64,000 nt of DNA from Octopus bimaculoides (taxonomy: Eukaryota), in contig NC_068981.1 in assembly GCF_001194135.2 (NCBI RefSeq), forward strand, positions 119,919,300 to 119,983,299. The letters are read 5' to 3'. Made by a program: the position numbers and the translations under genes. The first letter of the stretch is position 1. Each line of letters begins with the position of its first letter. The notes beneath the pieces are model-generated. The model saw only the letters and a program-made list of their open reading frames with translations. It was not told the DNA's origin and ran no database searches. This document shows positions 62,886-64,000 of the stretch, in pieces.

Positions 62886-63804
62886 GTCAAGCTAAAGAAC
62901 TATTTATCTTGAAGCTTCATCTAATCTCTCTATCTTCCCTCCTCCCTCCCTTCTCAGGTATTTAGAAATTATTTCACTTATGAACCCTCTTTTTTTCACT
63001 CTTCCATTATTATTTTCTTATAAGTAATACTACAGAACTATCTGTATAAATAGTTTCATCGTTCTGACACTATAAATATATAAATACGCGCATGTGTATG
63101 TATGTTATTAAGTTGGGTGTGAACAAGTCAGAGAAACTGACACCCTGTCGTGATTATGCGATCCAACGAGGGAGCCTGTGTCATTCAACCTGCAAGAAAT
63201 AACAGCCAAATCTCCTAATCATGCCTTACTATCTTATACAAGGACAGGACGACACATTAATTAATGTAGTCCTATATACCTGTAAAAAGGAGGGGATGGA
63301 ATGCCTTCACTCAAAGTTTACCTGCGGCTAAACACTACTAAAAATGTTATGATTTCCTCTTCATCTCCTCTTTCATATTTCGTTGCAGAAGTCGCTTTTT
63401 TTTTTACTCCCAGTAAATCAATTCTTTGCTCTTATGTTCACAAAATGAGGTTTATACTGAATAGAAGGGGGTTAAGGTTGTCATGACATTCGTTTTTTTT
63501 TTTGTTTTTTTTTCAAGGGCATTAGTAACAGCAAAGCAGTTTCAATAGTGAGTGAAAGCTGTGTCGACCCCACTTTCCTTGCTAAGTTTACATTTTACTT
63601 CCTGGTTCAAAATGTTTTAAATTCGCGATGCTGCATTTGTAAATACTCTAAATTTCCCTCCACAAAACTCTGATGGATCTTCCTTGTGTTCAACTTAACG
63701 AACTATTTTCCGTTAACGCCCGTATATCATAAAACTTTCACTTCTGACTATAATTATTGACAATTCAGGGTCTAGTCTCTTTAATAAAAAGCAACTGAAA
63801 GTAA

Positions 63805-63810
63805 ACACAC

Positions 63811-63845
<35 letters not shown>

Positions 63846-63957
63846 ATATACATATATATATATATATAATATACATATATATATATATATATAATATACA
63901 TACATATATATATATATAATATATATACATACATATATATATAATATATATACATAC

Positions 63958-63990
<33 letters not shown>

Positions 63991-64000
63991 CATACATATA
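63805..64000. repeat. (CA)/(TA) microsatellite at the window edge
   Basis: Read directly. Confidence 0.95.

Noticed and set aside
62940-63100. Divergent plus-strand promoter (TATAAA at about 63044 and 63072)
   Set aside because: TATA-like words are common in this AT-rich DNA, and no downstream exon is supportable within the window.
1-64000. CRISPR arrays, rRNA, or prokaryotic or defence systems
   Set aside because: No spacer-repeat arrays or rRNA; the sequence is spliced eukaryotic DNA.

Overview
AT-rich animal genomic DNA dense in SINEs and microsatellites. The repeat families and the encoded protein point to a coleoid cephalopod, most likely Octopus (inference). Nearly the whole window is the 5' part of one minus-strand CREB1/CREM/ATF1-family gene. 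It has a CRE-rich promoter and non-coding exon(s) at about 62.5-62.9 kb, then four phase-compatible coding exons: 35056-34886 (Q1), 33883-33801 (KID with RRPSY), 30540-30407 (KID second half) and 4856-4677 (Q2). The bZIP exon(s) lie beyond the left edge. The introns hold RTE-clade LINE fragments, several tRNA-derived SINE families, piggyBac-, mariner- and hAT-like MITEs, and a decayed Penelope-like element. Best leads: (1) a 29-nt exon placed to be sterically mutually exclusive with the PKA-site exon and frame-compatible with replacing it; (2) a 24-nt microexon with a duplicated donor, giving in-frame versus stop-containing forms; (3) a hammerhead ribozyme with an intact core on the sense strand of a CREB intron; (4) a tRNA-headed SINE carrying a hammerhead; (5) a candidate 5'UTR exon carrying uORFs. 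All alternative exons are predictions from splice signals and reading phase only, with no expression evidence. Repeat boundaries are approximate and were read by eye.
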